Of a stretch of 64,000 bases of DNA, positions 1-13,182 are shown piece after piece. Positions within the stretch are counted from its first letter, which is position 1. Every line of letters begins with the position of its first letter. The DNA comes from Cirrosporium novae-zelandiae. Its lineage: Eukaryota. The position numbers were made by a program, and so were the translations under genes. The notes beneath the pieces were generated by a model. That model searched no databases and was not told the origin of the DNA. It was given only the letters and a program-made list of their open reading frames with translations. Where the stretch lies: positions 1 to 64,000 of the forward strand of contig JAPETS010000064.1 in assembly GCA_026023565.1 (NCBI GenBank), written 5' to 3'.

Positions 1-587
1 AAGGCTGGGGACTGTAACACCCGAGCTCCGCAAGTAATGTTCGATGAACCTCGGCAGGGATAAAGTCAATCGATTTTCCGCTGAACCAATGAATTAGGCT
101 CTGGCTCTCGAGTAGCGGGTAACAACGGCCGCAGGTCGGATAATCCGTTCCGCGGGCAACGACCCGAATCTCGAGCAAATCAGAAGCCATATTTAACCGA
201 GACTTTCATTAATTCACAAACTCTCCCTTCGGCTTCCTATGCTTCTAGTTCCGTTTGGCCATCCGTTGCATATTTTTCCAGTGCTCTATTTCCTTGCAGA
301 GGCCTAGCAATCTTAGTACCATTACCATAATTTCCATCTCAATGTCCTTCAGTCCTTGATTTGATATACAGTGGCACTGATCCCTGACACTGCTGTTTGG
401 TGCAACAGAATATCGTTATCATATTTCTTCTCTCTCGCTAACATATATTCTGTGGTATATAAAGGAGTGAGCCTACTTTGCTATATAATAGCCTTTATCA
501 ATTTTATATGCAACACAGCTTTAACTCTTTTGTAATATTGCCTCGACACGAAACAATTGAGCAGCAGTAATAGAAACTGTAAACTCA

Positions 588-1850
588 ATGACTTTCAACA
601 TGACCCTTCAACCGATGAACTCTGCTCCGCGCAGAATGACTGTTTGGGATTTTAATCCAAGCATGTCTTACTTCTCTAACATTTCCACGCCAACTTCCCT
701 GTCCGTTTGTCCAATCCCGCGTTCAGAGACTGATCTCTTCGTGAATACTGCGAATATGGTAGCCCAGGACAACACAGTCATGGCAGGATACCAATCAATT
801 GAGGAACCAATAATGTTTACATCCCCAAGCATCATTGGCGGAGTTTCACAAGTATCCGAGACCAAGAACGCAGTAGTTCATATCTCTCGACACCTGCCAT
901 TGAAGCACGAAAACCAATCTCCTGTCTATTCAGTTCCGCCGCAATGGGAGACCTGTTGGGTTCCTCACACCAACGGAACTTCGATCTACAGGGAAACTCA
1001 ATTCAATACCGAGGTCGACATATTGATGAAAGTTATTCAATCTAAGATAAAGCCTGGGAGGTCGGCTCCGCAACAGACAATAATGGCTCCACAAACTGAT
1101 GTTCCTTTCAATCCGAGTATTCAGGACACCCAAAACTTTACCACCTTCACTCGATTTCAGAACGATAGAGGGCAAACGAAGTATCACTGTACATTCTCTA
1201 GCTGTGACAGAAAATTTTCTCAGAAGACGCAGCTGGAGATTCATATGCGAGCGCATACTGGAGAAAAGCCGTATGTGCGTTGACCAAATTTCAGATGCTC
1301 TGGATCTGGACAGAATGGACTAACCATTCTCTTCCAGTTTTGTAGGGAGCCTTCTTGCGGACAACGATTCTCCCAATCCGGAAACTTGAAAGTAAAGACT
1401 CCTTGACAGCTCCAAGGGTAAGAATGCTGCCACTAATTTATATATGGTAGACACACGAAAGACGCCATACCGGTGAACGCCCTTACTCCTGTAAAACTTG
1501 TGGAAAACGGTTTGCTCAACGAGGTAATGTTCGCGCCCATCATATCGTACACGAACAGCACAAACCTTTTACATGCAAACTCGACAATTGCAGGAAACAT
1601 TTCACTCAATTAGGCAATCTCAAGGTCCTGGCTATCCCATTCAATCATATCCAGTGTCCAAAGCTGATAGCCATTGTAGTCCCACCAAAACAAATTTCAC
1701 AGGATCACCCTGCAATATCTCACTTGCAGGTTTGACTCTATCAACCCAGATGATACTCTCTCTGCTCCAGATATAGAGCTCTGGGAATATTTCGCCAAGC
1801 TTTATAAGAACAGCAACAAAGGTATTATGGGCCGGGGGAAAAAAAATTGA
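588..1850 (+). CDS. AZF1-like C2H2 zinc-finger transcription factor (4 fingers, 3 introns)
   Basis: Spliced translation gives [56 protein letters not shown] and the AZF1-type tail [21 protein letters not shown]. Stop TGA at 1848-1850. Confidence 0.85.
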
Positions 1851-2229
1851 AGCGTGAGATTAAATTAAAATGGCGTATGGAAACCATGGTTCATTGTTTC
1901 TCCGTGGTCGAGACTTCATCGTGAACCCTTTGCAAGTTTAACGAAATCTTAGATTAGATTAGATGCAATATAAATATAATTTTCAACTGCTAGGCAAAAT
2001 ATTCTGCTTGCTGCACCATCTTACAGATTTGACACTTCTTAAAGTGGGAGAGAAGAAGTCTGGAAGCAGAAATTCAAAAGAGAGTCGCGCGACTTTTTAG
2101 AAATCTTAGAAAACAGAAACCCTAGGAAAGTAGAAATCCCAGGATAATAGAAACCCCAAGGCAACAAAAACCTTAAGGCAGAAGAAGTCCTAGGGGGAAC
2201 ACGGAATTAGAAAGCCCTTATTACAAAAC

Positions 2230-2530
2230 GCATTCCTTGGAGAACCGAGGAAGAGGTAAGGGTAAGTCACAGGGCCCTTGCCCACAAGCGCTATTCTTGG
2301 AGCATAGAAGAAGAGTAGGGTCAATAAACCCCTACCCCCGGCCGCTGTTCTTGGAATACAGAAGAAGGGTAGGGTCACTGGGCCCCTACCCCCAAGCGCT
2401 ATTCTTGGAGTACAGAAAAAAGGTAGGGTCACAAAGCCCTTGCTCCCAAATGCTGTTCTTGGAGTACAGAAGAAGGGTGGGGTTAATGTAAGCGCCGTTT
2501 TTGGAATATAGACGAAGGGTAGGGTCATTA
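2230..2530. repeat. Degenerate 54-bp tandem repeat (about 5 units)
   Basis: GCT(A/G)TTCTTGGA...AGAAGAAGGGTAGGGTCA units start at 2290, 2344, 2398 and 2452, with partial copies on either side. Confidence 0.85.
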
Positions 2531-3093
2531 TCTCAAGGCGCCATATTTGGAGGCTAGGGGAAGAGGTCGAGTCATAGGAAAAGAGAATCCCTAGAGGAAT
2601 AGAAAGCAAGACTGAGGTTAGAAAATATTGCGTGATTTGAAGGTGGGCGAAGCGCCCATGAAAAATTCTGCTCCAACCAGAGTGAGCGTATAGTAAATAT
2701 CAAGTAAAATAGCATTGTAAATAGGATATTGCCGTAAATATAAAAGTTAGCCCAGTAAAAATCTAAAAGTGGTAAATCTCATTCTAAAGCGCCGGCGCTT
2801 AAGTTGAATGTGATATGGTTATTGGGCGGGACCTCAGTTGTAGTGCCTCCATTGAATGGTGGTCACCAGCTTTCAAAGTACTGGGTGATAATAGACCTAT
2901 TGCTTATGTAATACAAAGTGGAATAAAGTTATGTTTTGATTAAAACGGCACTTATGTAATTAATGAATGATCCACCACCAAAAATACGCCGTACTACAGA
3001 GTACTCTAAAACGGAAGCCACTTAAGTACTTGCTACTAACCTCTGCATTGCCGGCATGTATGCCTGATCCCAAACTCTTACCACTCCTAGATT

Positions 3094-5639
3094 ATGGCTG
3101 AGCTCTCTGCCAGCGAGGTCGCTACCATCAAGGCTCTGCCTATTGAAAATGGGCTTGATATATTTCGTAATACATTCACGTCGAGGTACTTGACTTCCAA
3201 TGACACCGACCTTACACAAGTTATCGATCAACGGCTATGCGATAATACCAGCTCGGGTGAGTAACATTTACCTGGTTTATAGAGTAGCTAATGAAGTATA
3301 GATGAGAAAGATTTGGTCCTTGATCTTATTTTGGCTCTCCAGAGTCAACCAGCCGCCCGAACCCTTCGTGGAAAAACAAATCATGGACCTCTCAGTGGTG
3401 AAATAGCTTTACTATACGCTCAACTAGCTTCTAATCAAATAGACATCCAACTCGTCTCCCAGATCGTCAAACATATCATTACTCAGGCCGATGATACAAT
3501 TATATGGGCTGCTATTCTTGATCTTATCACACAAACCACACCTGCTCCACAGCCAAGAACCCCTCCACCCTCTCTTCCATCCTTCGTATCCTCCGTTCAG
3601 CAAACACCATGGTCCTTCAACACAAGCCAATTTGCGAACACATCCGAATTTAGAGAACATGTTGATCCTATACTCAAGTCAGAGATAGAAGGCAACTTAA
3701 TAATCGATCATCCGCATTTTTTTGATGCATACTTCGGTAGTGTGACTCAGCTGAAGGAAATATCTCAAGTGGTGTTTGAAACATGCAAGAATATGGAGCC
3801 TCCGTTGTATACGGAAAGTACCGGTTGGCTAGATTGGCCAGAGGGCTGTGCAGAGACAGAAGTGTTACACTGGCTCCGGAAACAGATCGATCAGTTTGTC
3901 CTGTTTGCAAAAAACCATGGCTTCCAACCTCCAAGTTGCCGACGATGCTTTACTACACCAAATAAACCAATACATGGATCGGTCAGTAAACGAAAGCTAG
4001 ATATAGGTATCACGTATGATTTGAGGGGTGAAGATCAAGATTGGCAAGAGAAGCCCGGAAATGATAGAAATATGTCGGTTGCAGATTGGTCTGAGATCCT
4101 TGTGTCTGGAGAATTGAAATCTAACCTTCAAGAAGATAATCACAATAGAACCTGGTTAGATCTCACTCGATATGTTCGAGAAATATTCAATGCACAGGAT
4201 ATACGTCGATTCGTTCTTGGTTTTACTTTTTGCGGATCATTATTGCGACTCTGGGAATTTGATCGACTTGGAGGAATCGCATCTCCATCATTCGATATCC
4301 AGAAAGATGGTATGAAGTTGGTATTTGTTATGTTGGGCTATCTGTGGATGAATGAAGAAGAACTGGGGTTTGACCCGAGTGTCTCCCGAGAAAATGACAC
4401 CAGATATCTCGAAATTTCGAATAATAGCCAAATGGAGCGGTTGTGTCTAGAAACATTGATAATGCGCCACTCTGCGGTGGTCGGTCGAGCAACGACCTGC
4501 TGGAAAGCTCATCTCAGTGACGATGAAACCCAGACTCTGATAGTCAAGGATTCTTGGCAATACGAGGAACGACCGGAGGAGGGTCTGCTGTTGAAGAAAG
4601 CAACTGACTTCGGAGTGACTAATGTGGCACGGTATTATTATCATGAAACTGTGTACGTGGGAGGTACTGTTGACGACATCCATAATGTGCGAAAAGGGTT
4701 AAAAGAAGAAGATGGGACGAGTGCATTCCGACAGCGACGGACGATCAAATCCGAAACCATTGTGGGATCTATTACGCCTGGAGATTCAATGACAGAGAGA
4801 CTCAAGAGCAACAGCAGCAGCAGGAGCAGAAACATCACCCGAAAACGGTCATCAAGCTCGCTCCAAACATCTATGCCACCGCCCCCAAAACGTTCATGTT
4901 CAACTTCTCCAGTCAAACAAGACAGAGCGCGACCGCAACAGAATCGTATCCATCGTCGTGTGGTGATGTGTGATACTGGAAAGAGCATCTACTTGGCCAG
5001 CTCTCGAATGGCGACGCTTAAAGGGCTACTGGGGGCGATTAAAGGTAAGTAGTATCTAAAAAATATTTCATGGCTTCACTGATAGATTTAGGACATGAAT
5101 CACTGTTGGATGCCCATATTCTTCATCGCGACATATCGGCTGGAAACATTATGCTGAATGAGGCAGAGGATGACGGGTTTTTGATTGATCTTGATCTTGC
5201 CATTGAAACCAATCGCAAAGAAGCATCGGGTGCACCGACTAAAACCGGCACCAAAATTTTCATGGCGATCGGTGCGCTTTATGGCGAGCAGCATAGCTTT
5301 GTACATGATCTGGAGTCGTTTTTCTGGGTTCTATTCTGGATTTGCGTTCATTGCACCGGCCCAGGTGGGAAATACCGGAAGACCGAATTCGAATCTTGGA
5401 ATTACACGCCAATCGAGAAGCTTGCAAGAGAAAAAGCAGGCCTTGTAACCCAAGAGATGGATTTTATTAGAACAATGGGTAAGGATATTACAGAGTACTA
5501 CCAACCTTTAGTTCCATGGCTTATGAAGTTACATCATGCTGTCTTTCCCAATTATCAAAGGCGGACAAGCGAAGATCGAAGTTTGTATTCTACGATGAAA
5601 GTGGTCTTTCAGCAGGCTCTGAATGACCCAGAGGTTTAG
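3094..5639 (+). CDS. FunK1-type fungal protein kinase (Pkinase_fungal), 2 introns
   Basis: Likely start MAELSASE at 3094. ORFs 3313-5052 and 5070-5639 join across a GTAAGT..AG intron. Motifs GELKSN, RRFVLGFT, WEFDRLG, GRATTCW, VKDSW, LHRDISAGN, IDLD, TGTKIFMA, HDLESFFWV. Confidence 0.9.
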
Positions 5640-6816
5640 GCTCAGTGGGTCACATAAGCCCGTTCGGATGTGATTATACAGTGACTACTATAATCTAGTA
5701 TACCGTACCATATAGTATCCCAAAGCGGGAATCATCTATATCACTTGCTGCTGACCTCCACATTTTCCTATGGTATGTCCCATCTCCAAATCTCTTACCA
5801 TTCCGAGTTCATGACTAAGCCCTCTGCCAATAATCTCGAAGTGATTAAGACTTTTCCAGACTCATCATCTAGATTACCTCGAATGCGGTTGATATTGAAA
5901 TCTTTGCCGCTCTCCTAAAGGGTCAAAGTTGGGATCGATAAGTAGTGCACCTTAGACGCCACAAGTGCATATGATATAAAAATGCCTAATTTGTAGAGTC
6001 TATGATTGCACAAGACTAAAAGCTACCCTTCTCCTTCATCCCTCGATCTCCCTATAAGACATCCTTTGTCCCACCTATGACATACTTTCCCGAACTTCAT
6101 CCGTACCTCAAAGCATATTCCCCAAACTTCTCCCTTCTGTTTTTTCCCAAGGCATACTCCCCAATCCTATTCTCTGTGCGCCTGCTAAAATCGAAAAGTT
6201 ATTAAGCTTCTGGGCGAAGTCTCATCTTAGCCAATAAAATACATCTTTTTGGTTAGCCCTCGCGCCATCCCGTAGAGACAGGGACAAGGTCCCTAAAAAC
6301 GGAGAACTTCATGATCTACATGTACAGTGGAATGAAAAAATGAGGGGCCAAAATGAAAAGAAGTTAAAGGTTAGCTGACCATGGTGGCACAGCCTAATTA
6401 GATTCGTCATCTTTGGTGATGCATGAATCGCCCTTGACTTGATTAGGAACACCAAGTAATGTTTTGCTTTTCTATTCACCAAGCACATAAATAATTGCAT
6501 CTCTACTCTTCATAACTCACCAAGCACATAGTTTTAGTATTCTGAAGACTTAGATCATTATGAAAAATCCTGGTTGAAATGCCGTACTAACAATTATAGC
6601 ACTAAGTACTTGCGGTAAGAAACAAGGGTCAGATAGAGGTAGAATGAGATTCACAACAAGACAAACATTCCCTTAATTCAAGTAACGAATCCAATATTAA
6701 ATAGCAATGGAATCTAAAAACAAGTCTGGATGCTGGATGGTCATCATTAGATCCTCTGATTCTTGCGACAAAATCGATTTTCGTGATACTTCTTTTTAGT
6801 GGCCAGTATTTTCAGT

Positions 6817-8148
6817 ATGGGCGAAGTCTACCGGGACCAACGTCAGAATGAATTATTCTTCTTAACGATCGTGCTCCCCATGCTCGCTCTGTTCTTTGTT
6901 ATTCTACGATTTGCTGCTCGGTATGCAGGGTCCGTTCCTTACGGTTTCGATGACGGCTCAATTGTGATCGCGACAGTAAATGCTAAGCCTTATCACCTCC
7001 AGATTTACAGCATGTTAATCAAACACAGATCCTCTTGTTTGCAAATATGGCCATGAATCTTACATGTATCTCAACGGAAAATATATTATATCAACTCGAC
7101 GTGCTGACTTATAGAAGTGATTTATTATGGACTAGGTCGACATGCCGCTGAATTGGATATTCATCAATTAATTATGATAGGCAAGGTATTGATTGATTAA
7201 CTAGCATTGAATCCTTTCACAAAGCTTATTCTTAATCTAGATTCTGATGGCTTACGAATGCATCTATTGTACCACTGTTGGCATAATTAAACTATCGTCG
7301 CTCTTGATGTACCGTCGTATCTTGTCGGTTAAAAATATAAAAACTACTTTGAACATCATCGGGTTTTGCGTTGTTGCTTGGACAATATCCATCATCTGTG
7401 TCAGTATTTTTCGGTGTACACCTATCCAGAAAATTTGGGATCCGTCTCTTCCTGGTCACTGCATCAATCTTAAAGGGTCATTTATTGGAAACGGGATCCC
7501 GAACATTATCACGGATGTGATTATTCTGTCACTTCCAGGATACTATCTTTGGAACGTCCAGGCAGACAAGATCAGACGTATCCTGTTGACCTGTATTTTT
7601 ATATTGGGGGGCTTGTATGTTAATTGCCCTTGATTTACATATCTCATGAACTGACGTCTGCACATAGTGTCATTTTTGCTAGCGTCTACCGTTTTATTAC
7701 TCTCTTCCAATTTGATGAAGCTGATATATCATGTAAGCTTTTATCCCTCAGTTATATCGAGTGCTAGAACTGATCGACAAATTTCCAAGGGACTCTTGCC
7801 ACTGCCTGTACTTGGTGCGTTGTTGAGACAGCAACTGGAATCATCTGCACATGTTTACCCACTTTTCGTCCGCTTTTCCGCCTGTTATTCATGGGGTTTG
7901 GTCGTGGTAGAAGATCCTATGGAGCAACTGCAACCGGATCAAGGTTGGTTTTTCAACCCATCGACAGTTCGGGGTTGGGGTTTTTCCAGAGGGCCATCAA
8001 TAGCTCTAATCCAATGGCAGTCACATCTAGGGAACAAAAGGTAAATGTGGAATACGACGAAGAATCAGAGGATGAAATACCGCTGCATGCTATCAGGGTT
8101 ATAATGAAACATGGGGTAGAATGCACAATTCAAGGCCTGCAAACATAA
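6817..8148 (+). CDS. PTH11-like (fungal rhodopsin-domain) integral membrane protein, multi-intron
   Basis: LRFAAR..GFDD, GLGRH, IKLSSLLMYRRI, FRCTPI..W, NIITDVIILSLP, IFILGG and GIICTCLPTFRP spread over short exons. Confidence 0.85.
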
Positions 8149-8784
8149 AAGGTGTTTCGGATGAAGTGTGCCGCAAGGATAAATGTTATGTTCACCATAT
8201 TCACCATATGTGACATAGCGAGATAATTTTTTTGGCTGATACTTGAACCTCTGTAATCAATATCAGGGAATATACACAACACTTTGTAGGACTTGGGTAT
8301 ATAGTACTATTAGATCTATAAATATAGCACCTCGACAAAGCAGTTACCAAAAACAAGACCATACTCATAACCGCATATCTTTTATCCACAATTCGGTAGG
8401 CCAACCTCATTATTGTGCTTGAAGATGGCAAGGTTATACAAAAAAGTAATCACACCAATCTTCCGAGAGCTAAAGGAAAATACTATTTGCTGTTTCTTTG
8501 AATAGTATCCCCCACAGCTAAGGTTTTAACATCGTATGGTAGAGTAGATGCGCACACTCAACGAAGAATGCTGTTGTCAATAGCGAATAGAGAAATATGC
8601 AAAGCAATTGAGGTTTTGGACGGAAGATTACTATCAATAGAAAGGGGAATGGTATGCATATATATTCATGCGATGTAACAGTACGAATATAAATAGAATA
8701 GATGAAGCTGAATGGATCTAAAACACCTCGTGGGAAAAGCAACAAATAATAAAAAAAGCAAAAATCCCATAGCAATAGCTCCGA

Positions 8785-10157
8785 CTAGTCTTTCCGAATC
8801 ACTTCTATTACTCCTTCGCCCACCACAGGTGGATCGTAGAATTCAACAACCTCCAAGCCAGCTGATTGTAATAGTTCCCTCCACTCCTTTCGTGATCGTT
8901 CGTGGGATGCTGTTTGAACCATCATCATGATGCTCATTGCTGCATAGGCTAAAGGGCATTGCTTGTCTGGAAGAATAGACTCATTGATAATTAACTTCGA
9001 GTAACCAGGGGTCATGGCTGATGCAATATGGCGGAGTATTCTGCCTGCTTCCTGGTCTGACCAGTCATGAAGGATCCAATGAAGGAAAAACACCCGGGCG
9101 CCTGGTACATAAGATCAGATAATTTTCCTTGTAGAAAGAACTGATGTCTTACCTCGGACAGGTTGTGGGTCAAAGAAATTATGACTCATTGTTTCAATAC
9201 CCTCACTGAGATTAAGCGTGTCTATTGCATAAGAGAGGTCTTGCAGAATCAAACGCCCAGAATGAGGAAATCTTTTTTTGAACAATTCCAAATACTGTCC
9301 ATGTCCACCGCCGATGTCGACCAAAAGCGCATTATCACCTTTATTTTTATCAAAGCCGTCAAGGATTTGTGTTTGAACAGGGAACCACTCCAACCAATTT
9401 GGTTTTTGGATTTGATTGACGATCATCCAAGACTGAAAGGCTTTAGCTTGTTCAGGGTGTTCATTCAAATATTTGAAATAATCCAAATTCGTTTTAAGCG
9501 CATTCTGGAAAGGTGTATCTGTAGGCCCAGTTGGGTACTTGTATCCATTCAGTTCGAAATAATCGGGTGCTTCGTATGCGGTTTTCGCTCCAATATCATA
9601 ACTGAAATAACAAACGTTTAGCTTGTAGTCAATTGTGAGATATAACAGAATACCACTGACCATGCTTTCACAGCTCCTTCAATCGATGGTTTTATCATTT
9701 CCTGAGTGAGCATGGAAGATTTATACATTTCTTCATCACTCTCCATCACAAAACCTATAGCAGCCAGGACTCGCATTATCTGTTTGACGAGTCGTAAATC
9801 CGCGCCACACATAGCGGCTAGTTCGACAGTACTAATGCTTTTGTTGCCTCTTTTGGAAATAATGCGAAACAGATCCAGGCTTATACCAAGTCGAATGCAT
9901 GTGGGTTGAGGAGGAAACTTCCTCAGACAATATTAGTCTCTTCTTCTTTCTATGATTCGAAAAAAAAAGCTCACCATTAATTGCTGAATGATTGTTTCTT
10001 GGGGTGTTTGCAATGCTGTTGTTAATTTGCTAGAGATTTCCAAGACCTTTGAGCGTGAAAACTCATTGCTCCCAGCATTTGTTTCATACTCGACCGCCAT
10101 AGAACCGATCTCTTTCATCAAAGCTAGGACATATGTTTCATGCTCTGAAGAAGTCAT
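8785..10157 (-). CDS. SAM-dependent O-methyltransferase (secondary-metabolism type), multi-intron
   Basis: LLVDIGGGHG SAM motif, LILQDL, HNFFDPQPVRG, ILHDWSD, ERSRKEW; N-terminal dimerisation-like region. Confidence 0.9.
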
Positions 10158-11307
10158 AGCTGCTATCGAATAGTGAAAGAGATTAATGATAAGGCTAAAA
10201 AGGCAAGATACTAGAAAATAAGAACAATGTGTGATTTAAGTTAAAGACAGTCTTTATGAAGGGCATAAATAATATGGATGTGAGTGAAGAGTTTTTTACT
10301 TTAGTACTTCAGAATATATTGTCTCACGTGTTTGAATAGCTCAATAGGTACAGATTAAATCAGGTGTCTTGATCATGAGGTTTTAATGACTTTGATCACC
10401 TTACAAGTACCTCAAACAAATTAGCGTGTGGACCATGCAAGGGAATGACAAGTAGATCAGAAAAAAGTTTAGATTTACATGGTAGTAACTCTTAATTTGC
10501 CTACCTAGGTATAAGAATTCATGTTGCGTGCCTATATACAGTATTATGTCCATGTGTCCGGAGGTGCATAGCTAGTGGAGAAATTGATAAGTAGAATTAA
10601 GCAATGACTCGGCTGGTTTTTATGCCTTCTCGCTCGGTTATCGCTTAGCTACCAGCCGGCGTCTCCTGAATTCGAGTTTCGTTACGTGCTCCAGCTTAGC
10701 TGCGGTAGCTTGTAATTTAACGGTGGTCATGCCGTTCACTAACTTTGAACTATCTACAAAAGCTGTTGGCTATCTTCGGAAAGCCTTTCAGATTGATTGG
10801 CTGAGATAATTATTGCTAACAGATAATATTTTGAATTCACCAAGCACACTAATAACGGAATTGAAATTCACCAAGCACACCAGCAATTGGAATTGGGATT
10901 GAAACGCCTTGAAAATTCATCCTTGTCATTGATCTATTTTGTCACTAAGCATGCAACAATGCTTCAAGCCTCCTGAATGCTGATCCTTGTTATCGATTTC
11001 TTTTACAGCTACCAGTTCTATGAGAATCAGTAAATGCTCATTTAGTGATTATCAATGGAGTAATCAATATAAAGCGTCTTAGATTGGAAATAGAAATTTT
11101 AAGGCCCATAGACATTGTGTTTGCTGTGCCACGCAGTGACAGTACGTGATGACAGTAGGCTTCTTATCACATCTTTATTATTTATATTTTTCCTATACTC
11201 CTTCAGCTCTCATATCAGTGAATATCCTACCTGATCTAAGTCTATAATTTTTCCTCCTTTCAACATTCCTCATTTTTACCATTATAACAAGACTTTCATC
11301 TTTTATA

Positions 11308-12640
11308 ATGTCCTCACTCAACTCAACCGAGAGCGAGTATAGGGGCGGTAAAATTATTGTAGTAAGTATTGCGGTAGCCATTGTCCAGATTATGGTGATC
11401 TTGGCACGATTCTATGCCAGAAAATTCAAAAAGAACCCGTTTGGATTGGACGATTTTTTGATATTTGTTGCGTTTGTATGTACCTATACTTTTCTTTAAT
11501 ACAAAAACAACACAATCTAACATTTTCTAGGTAACAAGCCTTGGGCAGTCTGCTTTGTATATCATTAGTACGTTGGTTTCATCCTTCGCTATTCGTTATT
11601 ATCTTATAGTGACTTGCCTTCCAGTGGTCAAAACTGGAGGTACTGGCTATCATCTAGCCGTTGTCGAGAAACATCCTAGGAAGCTGGTCAATTTACAAAA
11701 GGTACGTTGAAAACTAAATTAAATAGTGACCACTGACCATTTAAATACTTATAGTGTCTATATATCAATGAAATAATGGATATGCCGTTTACAATTACGC
11801 CAGCAAAGCTTTCCATTTTGTGCTTCTATCTTCGAATTTTCTTCGGACAAAGGTTCAAATTCTGGGTCTCTGTGACAGGATTCATGATCCTCGGTCACGG
11901 AGTTGGCGTTTTATTCGCTGCTATTTTCCAATGCTCTCCCATCGCTTACACTTGGGATAAAGCAATTATGGATGGGACCTGCTTTAATCAACAAGCTTTC
12001 TATCGATATGTATCCATTCCTGTCATTGTCACAGATGTTATGATTATGATACTTCCTTTACCCTTCTTATGGAAGTTAAAAGTATCCACTAGTCAAAAAA
12101 TAGCACTGACAGGCGTTTTCATTTTGGGGAGCATGTAAGTGCCACATTGATCACGCCGCAATATTAGATTGAGCTCATCATTTTGTTAGGGGAATTGTCG
12201 CCAGCTGCTTGCGAATGAGCACGTTTTTCAGCAATAGTGCCATGGTTGACCCTACATGTAGGTCCAGGTCTTATAGTCTCTCACGGAGATACTGACATTG
12301 AATAGGGGCATCGGTGGACCTAGGCATTTGGACAATAGTTGAAGGCGCTTTACTTGTGATTGCTGCCTGCTTGCCGTCGTTATGGCCTCTCTTCGTTCGC
12401 ATAATACCTGGTCATAATACCTCCACAAGACCTAATCGACTAATATCGGCCCCAGTGCCAGTTAGAAATAATGGAGCGAATAGCAGCCACAGTGATGAAT
12501 GTGTAGGATTCACCCATTTCGGCGTGGCTCCTGCTCAGGACGGAAGGGCGTCAACCGCCGTATCCCGATCGACGCAAGATGATCATTCTTTATCACAGAT
12601 TGAGATGAAGGTTATTTCGGTCAAAAATCAATTAGCATAA
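11308..12640 (+). CDS. Second PTH11-like (fungal rhodopsin-domain) integral membrane protein, multi-intron
   Basis: ARFYAR..FGLDD, GGTGYH, AKLSILCFYLRIF, FQCSPI..W, VTDVMIMILPLP, WTIVE..VIAACLPSLWP. Confidence 0.85.
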
Positions 12641-13182
12641 CTGGTATTATAACGCTGCAGTACAGTCTAGGGGTTGGTTTATGTGTGAGAAGAAGAGTGG
12701 AAAAAAGGCAGTTGCGAAGATATACTCCATGGAATAAATTGTTTTTAGAGAGTTCTCCTTGGAAAGGATGTGCGGATATATTATGAAAGGATGTGGTAGG
12801 TAGGCTTGAAAGAATTTCGTAAGTTTTGCGGACTTTTTTGTAAAGGATATTTAATAAGACCAAAAACGGCCATGTATGTATCCAAGCTAATAAGTACGAT
12901 CGAAGGATACTTTTCCTAATTTTTGGGGGGTCACGCCTGAAGCGTTGCAATTCTCCTGCCTAAGGTCTCTTGTGCTTCCTAAAGTAATTCAAATCTTACT
13001 TGTCTCAAGATTTTCATTCTCAGCCAGTCTCCACCAGATAAATTGCTGAATTTTTTTTAAGATAGAAAAATAACTCAATTGTGAAATTCTATTGCTCGAA
13101 GCACAGTTATGGTTGGGGCCATCCTTGAGCCTGAGCATGTGAATTCTTGGCCAACACGTTTGCCTTTCATTACTCAATTCCT

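Noticed and set aside
13..124. Possible solo LTR (TGTAACACCCG...CGGGTAACA)
   Set aside because: Imperfect termini, flanks GGGAC/ACGGC give no TSD, no second copy in the window.
2230..2530. CRISPR-like array
   Set aside because: Whole units repeat without unique spacers; eukaryotic context; no cas genes.
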